Shown here: piece by piece, positions 9,968 to 19,075 of the stretch
How positions within the stretch are numbered: the first letter of the stretch is position 1
Layout of the letters: the number at the start of each line of letters is the position of its first letter
Assembly (NCBI GenBank): GCA_045593085.1
Contig: JAZNWA010000027.1
Location: 273-64,272 of the forward strand
Direction: 5' to 3'
From: Lachnospiraceae bacterium
GTDB taxonomy: Bacteria; Bacillota; Clostridia; Lachnospirales; Lachnospiraceae
Length of the DNA stretch: 64,000 nt
Made by a program: the position numbers and the translations under genes
The notes under the pieces: generated by a model
The model's input: only the letters and a program-made list of their open reading frames with translations
Databases searched by the model: none
Told to the model about the DNA's origin: nothing

Positions 9968-10867
9968 ATGATTTATTTGGCTTTAGCGATTTTGATTTCA
10001 GCAGCTTTTAATATTGGTCTTACATGGGCAAAAAAATGTGGCTGTGAAGAAAAGCATGTGACGTGGTTTAACTATCTGATGGCTAGTATCGGTGGAATTT
10101 ATATGATGATTTCCGGCAATGTATTCGGAAAACTCGGAGCCGGTATCAGTTTTAAAGATTTATTTGCGACAATGGCGGGCGCACCGGCAACAGAAGCGGG
10201 AAGTATTGCTTTTGGCGGTGTTCTTGGTGCATTTACCGGAATCTTTTACATCACAGGATTAATTGCAATGCAGAAATCCATTGAAAAAAACGGACCGAGT
10301 CCAACTGCGATTTTTGGACGTCTCGGAATATTGATTCCGATTTTATTGTCGATTGTATTGTGGAACGAAATGCCAACAATAGTTTGTTGGATTGGAATTG
10401 TCATTGCCTTTGCGGCCTTGATTGTATTTAACTACGATGGCGGATTTAAATTTAACGTGCTGCTGATTGTTGTGTGGTTTACCATGGGTATGGGTGAGTT
10501 AATGAATAAACTTTTTACCAAATGGTGTAAGGTGGAATTTGAACCGCTGTTCCTATTTGCCATTTTCTTCAGCGCTTTTGTGTTATGCACGCTTTGGATG
10601 CTTGTATCTAAGGAAAAGAAGCGTCTGACGTTGAAAGAAGGCGTGATGGGCATGGGAATCGGACTTGTAAATCTTTGCAGTTCCGTCTTTATTATTCAGG
10701 CATTAAAACATTTGCCGTCCAATATTGTTTATCCGGTTCTTTGTTCCGGGGCAATCTTGGTAGTGGCACTTGCAAGCAGAGCTTTCTTCGGGGAAAAATT
10801 GGGAAAGAAGGGTTTGATTGCGTTAGGACTTACGGTTATCAGCTTGATTTTGGTGAATTTGTCCTAG
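9968..10867 (+). CDS. DMT/EamA family transporter
   Basis: About 10 TM in two repeats; ALKHLPSNIVYP and FFGEKLGKK motifs. Confidence 0.8.
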   Translation: MIYLALAILISAAFNIGLTWAKKCGCEEKHVTWFNYLMASIGGIYMMISGNVFGKLGAGISFKDLFATMAGAPATEAGSIAFGGVLGAFTGIFYITGLIAMQKSIEKNGPSPTAIFGRLGILIPILLSIVLWNEMPTIVCWIGIVIAFAALIVFNYDGGFKFNVLLIVVWFTMGMGELMNKLFTKWCKVEFEPLFLFAIFFSAFVLCTLWMLVSKEKKRLTLKEGVMGMGIGLVNLCSSVFIIQALKHLPSNIVYPVLCSGAILVVALASRAFFGEKLGKKGLIALGLTVISLILVNLS

Positions 10868-10932
10868 TCTAGGATATGTTTTTATTTGTAACGGAAAAAC
10901 AATACATATAAAAGAGATTATTAGGGGAAAAT

Positions 10933-13323
10933 ATGAAACCAACCATTCGTGTTTCAGTCCGTACCTTTGTAGAATTTTTACTGCGTAGCGGGGATATTGA
11001 TTCCAGACGGGGAGCCGGAAGGGCAGATGCAATGCTGGAAGGAAGCCGCATTCATCGTAAAATCCAGCAGTCCAAAGGAGATGAATATCGTGCAGAAGTA
11101 CCGCTTAAGATTATTTGTGAAGCGGATGAATATAATTTTTGCCTCGAGGGGCGGGCCGATGGTGTCATAACGGAAGATAGCGGTGTAACCATAGACGAAA
11201 TCAAGGGAATCTATGGGGATCCGAACAAATTAAAAGAGCCTGTTTCAGTTCATCTGGGACAGGCTAAATGTTATGCCTATATTGTGATGATGCAACAGGA
11301 ACTGGAGCGAATCGGCGTCCAAATTACATATTGTAACTTAGATGATATGGAAATGCGCATTTTTACGAAGCATTATGAAAAAGAAGAGTTATGCGCATGG
11401 TTTGACGGGCTTTTGAAAGAGTATCAGAAGTGGATTGATATGGAGCTTGCTTGGAAAAAAGTACGAAAGGAATCCATCAAGACTTTGGCGTTTCCATATG
11501 AATACCGCCCGGGACAAAATCAGCTGGTCAAGGATGTGTATCGCTCCATTGCCCGGGGAAAAACGTTGTTTATTCAGGCACCTACCGGTGTAGGAAAAAC
11601 GATTTCCACAGTTTTTCCGGCAGTAAAAGCAGTGGGCGAAGATGTGGCAGATAAGATTTTTTACCTGACTGCAAAAAATATTACCCGAACAGCAGCGGCA
11701 GATGCTTTTTCTTTACTTTTGTCAAAGGGTTATCGGGGGAAAATCCTGACAATTACTGCAAAAGACAAGGTATGTCCGTTAGAAGAGCGCAAATGCAATC
11801 CGGAAGATTGTCCTTATGCAAAAGGATATTTTGACCGGGTTAATGATGCGGTGTATGAGTTTGTTCAAAGAGAGGGATTGTTCGACAGAGATGCACTGGT
11901 TGCGTTTGCGATGGAGAAAAATCTCTGCCCGTTTGAATTTTCTTTAGATGTATCCTTGTGGTGTGACGCAATTTTGTGTGACTATAATTACCTGTATGAT
12001 CCGAATGTTTATCTGCGCAGGTTCTTTCAGGAAGGCATAAAAGGGGAATATATCTTTTTGGTAGATGAGGCACATAATCTGGTGGAACGCGGCCGTGAGA
12101 TGTATAGCGCGGTGATATATAAAGATGATTTGTTGAGGATGAAAAATTACATTGAGCCTTTCAGTAAACGCATTGCCGGAAGCTTGAAACGCTGCAATAC
12201 ACTGATGTTGGAATATAAGCGTGAATGTATCACATATACGGTTCCGTCATCCATCGCACCGCTGATTCTGAGTTTTAACCGTTTAATGAGCGATATTGAA
12301 AACTATAATAAAGATCATCCGGAGTTTGCAGGTAGTGATGAGTGGGGGCAGTTTTATTTGGATTTGCGCCATTTTTTAAATATGTCGGAATTGATGGATG
12401 AAAGTTATACCGCCTATTTGCAACACGACGAAGAAGGACGGTTTTATGTAAAACTGTATTGCATGGACCCGGCGGGCGTTTTGACGGAAATGGCAGACCA
12501 CGGAAAAAGCGTAATTTATTTTTCGGCAACGTTGTTGCCGATTAAGTATTATCGTGAGATGTTGACAACCCACGAGGAGCATTATGCTGTATATGCGGAC
12601 TCAGCCTTTTTACCGCAGCAGAGCTTGATTGTTGCTGCGAATGATGTCAGCAGTAAATATACCAGAAGAAATCGCAGTGAATATGAGAAAATCGCAAGCT
12701 ATATTGATAAAGTTGTTGCCGCGAAAAAGGGAAATTATATGGTCTTTTTTCCGTCCTATCAGTTTATGGAAGATGTGATGGACGTGTTTGTGGATGAATC
12801 GAAGTATTTAAAAACAGAAAGTGGCGATTCGCCGTTGTTGCAATATTCTTTGGAGCATTACACATTGCTTCCGCAAACAATGAATATGACAGAACTGGAA
12901 AAAGAAGCATTTTTGGAAGAATTCAAAGAAGACAGAGCGAACTCACTGGTGGGATGTTGTGTAATGGGAGGCGCTTTTTCAGAAGGCATTGATTTGACAA
13001 ATGACCGATTAATCGGAACGATTATTGTAGGTACCGGTCTGGCGCAAATCAGCAATGAAAAAACCATTCTACAGAATTATTATGCAGAGATTGGAAAGAA
13101 CGGATTTGACTATGCATATCGTTTCCCGGGAATGAACAAGGTCCTTCAGGCCGGCGGTCGCGTGATTCGTACCGTAAACGATAAGGGAGTAATTGTTTTA
13201 CTGGATGAACGATTTAATCAGTGGGAATATAAAGATTTGTTTCCAAGAGAGTGGGCAGGACTGACAACTTGTCGTATTGATACAATTGAAGAAAAATTAA
13301 ATCAATTTTGGAAAACACCCTAG
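10933..13323 (+). CDS. DinG/Rad3(XPD)-family helicase with N-terminal PD-(D/E)XK nuclease domain
   Basis: EGRADG...IDEIK nuclease motif; APTGVGKT Walker A; Cys cluster (VCP..C.PEDCPY, NLCPF); DEAH; FSEGID; QAGGRVIR. Confidence 0.88.
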   Translation: MKPTIRVSVRTFVEFLLRSGDIDSRRGAGRADAMLEGSRIHRKIQQSKGDEYRAEVPLKIICEADEYNFCLEGRADGVITEDSGVTIDEIKGIYGDPNKLKEPVSVHLGQAKCYAYIVMMQQELERIGVQITYCNLDDMEMRIFTKHYEKEELCAWFDGLLKEYQKWIDMELAWKKVRKESIKTLAFPYEYRPGQNQLVKDVYRSIARGKTLFIQAPTGVGKTISTVFPAVKAVGEDVADKIFYLTAKNITRTAAADAFSLLLSKGYRGKILTITAKDKVCPLEERKCNPEDCPYAKGYFDRVNDAVYEFVQREGLFDRDALVAFAMEKNLCPFEFSLDVSLWCDAILCDYNYLYDPNVYLRRFFQEGIKGEYIFLVDEAHNLVERGREMYSAVIYKDDLLRMKNYIEPFSKRIAGSLKRCNTLMLEYKRECITYTVPSSIAPLILSFNRLMSDIENYNKDHPEFAGSDEWGQFYLDLRHFLNMSELMDESYTAYLQHDEEGRFYVKLYCMDPAGVLTEMADHGKSVIYFSATLLPIKYYREMLTTHEEHYAVYADSAFLPQQSLIVAANDVSSKYTRRNRSEYEKIASYIDKVVAAKKGNYMVFFPSYQFMEDVMDVFVDESKYLKTESGDSPLLQYSLEHYTLLPQTMNMTELEKEAFLEEFKEDRANSLVGCCVMGGAFSEGIDLTNDRLIGTIIVGTGLAQISNEKTILQNYYAEIGKNGFDYAYRFPGMNKVLQAGGRVIRTVNDKGVIVLLDERFNQWEYKDLFPREWAGLTTCRIDTIEEKLNQFWKTP

Positions 13324-13342
13324 AAAACTAGGGTGTTTTTTG
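13312..13342. terminator. Bidirectional terminator
   Basis: AAAACACCCTAG-AAAA-CTAGGGTGTTTT perfect stem with T-tract. Confidence 0.8.
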
Positions 13343-13364
13343 TAAAGTGATAGTGATTTTTGCA

Positions 13365-13448
13365 GTTGTGGACTGCGTACTTTATTTCCGTGGTTGTGGA
13401 CTGCATACTTTATTTCCGTGGTTGTGGATTGCATGCTTTATTTCGGCG
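13365..13448. repeat. Tandem repeat, 3 x 28 bp (GTTGTGGACTGCRTACTTTATTTCCGTG)
   Basis: Copies at 13365, 13393 and 13421; the third is diverged and overlaps the LysR stop codon. Confidence 0.9.
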
Positions 13449-14325
13449 AAGGCAGCGCATCTAAAAATGCTTTTACTACAGGCGAAGGCGGTAATAAGCT
13501 GGAGTAAACCGCTTCGATGTGACGTTTCGGAAGTTTTTCTTTTGTTTTGATTTTAAAAAGTGTAGAGTTTTTTTGTGGCACACAATAGCCCGGCACAAAA
13601 GCAATGCCCAAATCGATGCGAGCCAGGTCCAATAACAAATCGCTGCTTCCGGCCTCCAATTCCAAAGTAAGGTCTATGTGTTTTTCCATAAACAGATGGC
13701 GCAAAAATTCACCGGTGGTACTTTTCCGGTCCAATGTCATAATCGGATATTGTGGGAGTTCCACAAGAGAAATTTCCCGGTCTTTTAAATGTTGGTATGC
13801 TTTTCCGGCTATAAATTCATCTTGAAAACTTCCAATGGTTTTTAAGATGAATTCCGGACGCATATGGGAGTTTGGTGTGTTCACAATGATACAGTCAACT
13901 TCCCCCAACGAAAGAAGTTCTGCACAACGGAAAGATGTTTGGTTCGTGATTTTAACGGATACCTTAGGGTATTTTTTGTGAAAATCACTAAGGTATGGCA
14001 ATAAGAAATAACGGCAAATGGTATCCGATGCACCAATATGAATGCTGCCGCTTTCCAAAGAATTGTTATGGGTTAAACGATGTTCGCCTTGTTGAATCAG
14101 GCGAATTGCAGGCTGCACATGCTCCAGTAACGTTTCACCCGCCGGTGTCAGCGTGATTTTTTTTGTGGTTCGTATAAAAAGAGGCATCCCGAGCTTTGTC
14201 TCAAGTGTTTTTACGGCTTGACTAACTGCAGACTGGGAAACATAGAGATTTTTTGCTGCCTCGGAAAAACTGCCGTTTCTGGCAACCTGCTCAAAAATTT
14301 TATAAAGTTCAATATTGATATCCAT
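13438..14325 (-). CDS. LysR family transcriptional regulator
   Basis: MDINIELYKIF...GSFSEAAKNLYVSQSAVSQAVKTLE HTH; start at 14325 with AAAGGAG RBS. Confidence 0.92.
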   Translation of the reverse strand: MDINIELYKIFEQVARNGSFSEAAKNLYVSQSAVSQAVKTLETKLGMPLFIRTTKKITLTPAGETLLEHVQPAIRLIQQGEHRLTHNNSLESGSIHIGASDTICRYFLLPYLSDFHKKYPKVSVKITNQTSFRCAELLSLGEVDCIIVNTPNSHMRPEFILKTIGSFQDEFIAGKAYQHLKDREISLVELPQYPIMTLDRKSTTGEFLRHLFMEKHIDLTLELEAGSSDLLLDLARIDLGIAFVPGYCVPQKNSTLFKIKTKEKLPKRHIEAVYSSLLPPSPVVKAFLDALPSPK

Positions 14326-14498
14326 AAAGGCTCCTTTGTAAATTCGTGATTTGTAGATATTTTGTATTTGTTTTATAGATATTATAAAGCGAATGCCGGA
14401 TGCGGTCAACAGGAATATTAGTTGCGCTTATAAATAAAATAAGATTTATTAACTTTCCTTATTCGCATGGATGGGGTATACTTGAAATATATGTGGGC

Positions 14499-14578
14499 TT
14501 GGGCTGGAAGATAGGGTTGAAATTGGAAAAATCCAAAAAAAATGGGTTAAACAAAAAAATCAAGTGTTATAAGCCCAA
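14499..14578. repeat. Palindromic-end unit array D (2 units, TTGGGCT..ATCCAA / ATGGGTT..AGCCCAA)
   Basis: GGG 14501 to TCC 14534 and GGG 14544 to CCC 14576; same 33-34-bp span as arrays A-C. Confidence 0.55.
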
Positions 14579-14737
14579 CGCACCGGCGATGAGATAGTGG
14601 TTCGGCGAAGAAAGGGCACACCGGCGGGAATGGCTTGAACCGACGGAAATAAATCGGGCCGACAAGTACGGATATAGATAATACAGAAATATTTGTGTGA
14701 GGAAATTAATATAAAATCTTAAAAACAGGAGGTACTT

Positions 14738-17700
14738 ATGAGCAACTTACGAAGAGTGTATGTTGAAAAAAAGGCTGATTTTGCAGTGGCTGCGAAATCC
14801 TTAGCAGCAGAAATTAAAGGTTATCTAGGAATAACCGGAGTTACCAATGTGCGAGTATTGATTCGGTATGACGTGGAGAATGTTACCCCAATGACATTTG
14901 AGCGTGCTCTTAAGACCGTTTTTTCCGAGCCTCCGGTAGATGATGTTTATTTGGAAACATTTCCAAATAAAGACGGAGCTGTATTTAGTGTGGAATTTTT
15001 GCCGGGCCAGTTTGACCAGAGAGCAGATTCTGCGGAGCAGTGCATTAAGCTTTTAGAGGAGGCTGAAAATCCTGTCATTCGTTGTGCTACAACGTATGTG
15101 ATCGAAGGTCAGGTGTCTGCGGATGAATTAGCTAAAATCAAGGAGCACTGCATCAATGCGGTAGACTCCAGAGAGGCAGCAGAAGCAATTCCTGAAACTT
15201 TGGTAATGCAGTATGAAGAACCTGCAGATGTTATGATTTTTGACGGGTTTAAGGATATGGGAGCAGAAGAATTTGAAAAGTTATACAATTCTTTGGGATT
15301 GGCTATGACTTTCAAAGACTTTTTACATATCCAGAAGTACTTTAACGAGGAAGAAAAGCGCGATCCGTCCATGACAGAAATCCGCGTGCTTGATACCTAC
15401 TGGTCTGACCATTGCCGTCACACAACCTTCTCCACAGAACTTAAAAATGTGGAATTTGAAGAGGGCTATTATAATGGTTTGATTACAGATACTTATAATG
15501 ATTATTTGAACGTTCGCAAAGAGGTATTTGGCGAACGTAAAGATAAATATGTATGCTTGATGGATTTGGCGTTAATGGCGATGCGTAAGCTGAAAAAAGA
15601 CGGCAAATTGCAGGACCAGGAAGAGTCTGATGAAATCAATGCTTGTAGTATCGTAGTACCTGTGGATGTAGATGGAGTGGAAGAAGAGTGGCTTATCAGT
15701 TTTAAAAATGAAACTCATAATCATCCGACAGAAATCGAACCGTTTGGCGGAGCTGCTACCTGTCTTGGCGGAGCTATCCGTGATCCATTGTCAGGCCGCT
15801 CCTATGTATATCAGGCAATGCGTGTGACCGGTGCGGCTGACCCGACACGTCCGATGGAAGAAACCTTAGCAGGTAAGCTTCCGCAGAAGAAAATCGTTCG
15901 TGAAGCAGCAGCCGGATATTCTTCTTATGGTAACCAGATTGGTCTTGCTACCGGTTATGTTAAAGAGATTTATCATCCGAATTACGTAGCGAAACGTATG
16001 GAAGTTGGTGCGGTAATGGGTGCTTCTCCGCGTCGTTGCGTAAAAAGATTAAATTCCGACCCGGGCGATATCATCGTATTATTAGGTGGCAGAACCGGAC
16101 GTGACGGTTGTGGTGGTGCAACCGGTTCCTCTAAGAGCCATACCACAGAATCTTTAACTTCCTGCGGAGCAGAAGTTCAGAAGGGTAATGCACCGACTGA
16201 GAGAAAGATTCAGAGATTATTCAGACGAGAAGAAGTAGCTTCTTTAATTAAGAAATGTAACGACTTTGGTGCAGGCGGTGTATCTGTTGCCATCGGTGAA
16301 TTGGCAGACGGATTACGAATCCAACTTGATAAGGTTCCGAAGAAATATGCAGGTCTTGACGGTACGGAAATTGCCATTTCCGAATCCCAGGAGCGTATGG
16401 CGGTTGTTTTAGATAAAAAGGATGTTGCGGCATTTTTGGCATACGCTGCAGAAGAAAATTTAGAAGCAGTAGAAGTGGCAGAAGTAACTGCAGATCCTCG
16501 CCTTGTACTTATTTGGAGAGGAAAAGAAATCGTAAATCTTTCCAGAGCATTTTTGGATACGAACGGTGCGCATCAGGAAACCAATGTATATGTGGAAATG
16601 CCGAAGGCAGAAGATAATTTCTTTAAGACTTGCTGCTGTGGTGGTCATGGACATGACTGCGGATGCGACGATCATCATCACGAAGAGCGCGGATGCGGTT
16701 GTGGCAAACACGAGCAGAAGCACGAAGAACATGGTTGCTGCTGTGGCGGTCAAGACGGAAAAGAATTTGATGTTAAGAAGACATGGCTTAATACATTAGG
16801 TGACTTAAATGTATGTTCCCAGAAGGGATTGGTAGAACGCTTTGACTCCTCTATCGGAGCGGGTACGGTACTTATGCCATATGGCGGACGTTATCAGTTG
16901 ACAGAAACTCAGGCAATGGTTGCTAAGGTTCCTGTATTGAATGGAAAAACAGAAACCGTTACTATGATGAGTTATGGATTTTCACCGGATTTATCCAGTT
17001 GGAGTCCGTATCACGGAGCATATTATGCAGTGCTTGATTCGATCAGCCGTATTGTTGCGACCGGTGGTGATTATAAGAAGATTCGTTTTTCCTTCCAGGA
17101 ATACTTCCGTCGTATGGGTGGAGAAGCTAGCAGATACAGTCAGCCGGTAGCGGCGTTATTGGGTGCTTACAGAGCCCAAATGGATTTTGGTTTGCCAAGC
17201 ATCGGTGGTAAAGACTCTATGTCCGGAACTTTCCAGGATATAGATGTTCCGCCAACCTTGATTTCTTTTGCGGTAGATGTGGCAAAAGTGGGCGATATCA
17301 TTTCTCCGGAATTAAAGAAGGCCGGAAATAAATTAGTGATGTTTAAGATGGACAAGGATGAATTTGATATGCCGGTAGCAGAATCTGCGAAGGCAGTATA
17401 TGAATTGATTCGTTCCTTGATTCAGAAGAAAGCAATCGTTTCCTGTTATGCTCTTGATGCGTACGGATTATGTGCGGCATTAAGCAAGATGGCTTTCGGT
17501 AATAAATTAGGTGTTACTTTAGAGAAAGTGTGCAAATCTGACGTGTTTGGCGTAGGATTTGGCAAATTTGTTGCAGAAGTTCCGGCAGATATGATGGCAG
17601 AAGTAGAAGCAGCTGTTGCACAGTTGGGCGCAGCTTCTGACAAGATGTTTAAGGTAATCGGTCATATAAATGATACTCAGACCTTTGAATACAAGGGTGC

Positions 17701-18643
17701 AGTGATCACTATGGATGAGGCACTTAAAGCATGGGATGCAACCTTAGAACCGATTTTCCCAAGCAGAGCAACTACAGACAAGACCTTGGTCAACAGCTCG
17801 GTATATGATACAAAGGACATCTATGTGTGCAAGAACAAAGTAGCGGTTCCAAAGGTATTTATCCCGGTATTTCCTGGAACCAACTGTGAATTCGACTCTA
17901 TGAAAGCATTCAAGGCAGCAGGAGCAGATACCAGCATTCAGGTATTGAGAAATGCATCTGCATCTGACATTCGCGAATCAGTAGAGTTATTTAGAAAAGA
18001 AATTGCACAGGCACAGATTGTAATGCTTCCGGGCGGATTTAGTGCCGGCGATGAACCGGACGGAAGTGCAAAATTCTTTGCAACCGCATTCCGCAACGAA
18101 GTATTGAAAGAAGAAATGCATAAATTGTTAAACGAACGTGACGGTTTAGTACTTGGTATCTGTAATGGTTTCCAGGCGTTAATTAAGTTGGGCTTGGTTC
18201 CATACGGACAGATTCACACACAGGAATCCGATTCTCCAACCTTAACTTACAACACCATCGGGCGCCACGTATCCAAGGTCGTTTATACAAAAGTTGTTTC
18301 CAACAAGTCTCCATGGCTTGCTTGTGCAGAACTTGGAAAGACATACGCAATTCCTGCATCCCACGGTGAAGGACGTTTTGTTGCAAATGATGAATGGTTA
18401 CAGAAACTTTTTTCAAACGGACAGGTAGCTACCCAGTACGTAGACGAAGCAGGAAACCCAACCATGGATGAAGAATGGAATGTAAACGGTTCTTATATGG
18501 CAATTGAAGGTATTACCAGCCCGGACGGAAGAGTTTTCGGAAAGATGGCCCATGCAGAACGTCGTGGCGATGGCATCGCAATGAACATTGTTGGCGATCA
18601 GGATATGCACATCTTTGAAGCCGGTGTGAAATACTTTAAGTAA
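14738..18643 (+). CDS. purL: Phosphoribosylformylglycinamidine synthase (large single-chain PurL)
   Basis: WSDHCRH, ETHNHPT, GGAIRD, DFGAGG and SESQERM motifs; C-terminal glutaminase (GGFSAGD, GICNGFQ, HGEG, HAER). Confidence 0.96.
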   Translation: MSNLRRVYVEKKADFAVAAKSLAAEIKGYLGITGVTNVRVLIRYDVENVTPMTFERALKTVFSEPPVDDVYLETFPNKDGAVFSVEFLPGQFDQRADSAEQCIKLLEEAENPVIRCATTYVIEGQVSADELAKIKEHCINAVDSREAAEAIPETLVMQYEEPADVMIFDGFKDMGAEEFEKLYNSLGLAMTFKDFLHIQKYFNEEEKRDPSMTEIRVLDTYWSDHCRHTTFSTELKNVEFEEGYYNGLITDTYNDYLNVRKEVFGERKDKYVCLMDLALMAMRKLKKDGKLQDQEESDEINACSIVVPVDVDGVEEEWLISFKNETHNHPTEIEPFGGAATCLGGAIRDPLSGRSYVYQAMRVTGAADPTRPMEETLAGKLPQKKIVREAAAGYSSYGNQIGLATGYVKEIYHPNYVAKRMEVGAVMGASPRRCVKRLNSDPGDIIVLLGGRTGRDGCGGATGSSKSHTTESLTSCGAEVQKGNAPTERKIQRLFRREEVASLIKKCNDFGAGGVSVAIGELADGLRIQLDKVPKKYAGLDGTEIAISESQERMAVVLDKKDVAAFLAYAAEENLEAVEVAEVTADPRLVLIWRGKEIVNLSRAFLDTNGAHQETNVYVEMPKAEDNFFKTCCCGGHGHDCGCDDHHHEERGCGCGKHEQKHEEHGCCCGGQDGKEFDVKKTWLNTLGDLNVCSQKGLVERFDSSIGAGTVLMPYGGRYQLTETQAMVAKVPVLNGKTETVTMMSYGFSPDLSSWSPYHGAYYAVLDSISRIVATGGDYKKIRFSFQEYFRRMGGEASRYSQPVAALLGAYRAQMDFGLPSIGGKDSMSGTFQDIDVPPTLISFAVDVAKVGDIISPELKKAGNKLVMFKMDKDEFDMPVAESAKAVYELIRSLIQKKAIVSCYALDAYGLCAALSKMAFGNKLGVTLEKVCKSDVFGVGFGKFVAEVPADMMAEVEAAVAQLGAASDKMFKVIGHINDTQTFEYKGAVITMDEALKAWDATLEPIFPSRATTDKTLVNSSVYDTKDIYVCKNKVAVPKVFIPVFPGTNCEFDSMKAFKAAGADTSIQVLRNASASDIRESVELFRKEIAQAQIVMLPGGFSAGDEPDGSAKFFATAFRNEVLKEEMHKLLNERDGLVLGICNGFQALIKLGLVPYGQIHTQESDSPTLTYNTIGRHVSKVVYTKVVSNKSPWLACAELGKTYAIPASHGEGRFVANDEWLQKLFSNGQVATQYVDEAGNPTMDEEWNVNGSYMAIEGITSPDGRVFGKMAHAERRGDGIAMNIVGDQDMHIFEAGVKYFK

Positions 18644-18654
18644 AAAGATGAAAT

Positions 18655-18693
18655 ATCACCTGTGCCCTGTAATTGGTGCAGGTGATTTTTTTT
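18655..18693 (+). terminator. Rho-independent terminator after purL
   Basis: ATCACCTG...CAGGTGAT stem plus T-tract. Confidence 0.7.
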
Positions 18694-18772
18694 GGAAAAG
18701 AGCTTATAGTGGCAGCGGATGTGGCTCAAATCTATGCAGAAAAAAGAATGTTAAAATTTTTAAAAAAGATAC

Positions 18773-18801
18773 TTGACGAATATAAAATCTGATAGTATAA
18801 T
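18773..18801 (+). promoter_or_regulatory. Sigma-A promoter of tRNA-Val/tRNA-Met
   Basis: TTGACG-17 nt-TATAAT. Confidence 0.8.
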
Positions 18802-18836
18802 AGACAAGTCAGTTGCGGAAAGCAACTTGTCAAAAT

Positions 18837-18909
18837 GGGATCATAGCTCAGCTGGGAGAGCATCTGCCTTACAAGCAGAGGGTCATAGGTTCGAGCCCTA
18901 TTGGTCCCA
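18837..18909 (+). tRNA. tRNA-Val(TAC)
   Basis: GGGATCA acceptor/TGGTCCC; D arm AGCTCAGCTGGGAGAGC; anticodon loop TTACAA; GGTTCGAG T loop. Confidence 0.96.
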
Positions 18910-18934
18910 TTACCCGAGAGGGACAACTGAATAT

Positions 18935-19008
18935 GGCGGAATAGCTCAGTTGGCTAGAGCACACGGTTCATACCCGTGGTGTCGGCGGTTCAAATCCGTC
19001 TTCCGCTA
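18935..19008 (+). tRNA. tRNA-Met(CAT), elongator-type
   Basis: Cloverleaf with CACGG-TTCATAC-CCGTG anticodon arm; GGTTCAAATCC T arm. Confidence 0.93.
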
Positions 19009-19016
19009 CTAAAAAG

Positions 19017-19046
19017 AGTCTGTAAGCATTTGTTTACAGACTTTTT
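19017..19046 (+). terminator. Terminator after the tRNA pair
   Basis: AGTCTGTAA...TTACAGACT plus T-tract. Confidence 0.7.
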
Positions 19047-19075
19047 AATTTTACTATTGGCAAACAGACTTTAAT

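Noticed and set aside
13365-13448. Mini-CRISPR
   Set aside because: Copies abut directly with no spacers.
14580-14737. Purine or ZTP riboswitch upstream of purL
   Set aside because: No recognisable aptamer consensus or expression-platform terminator in the leader.
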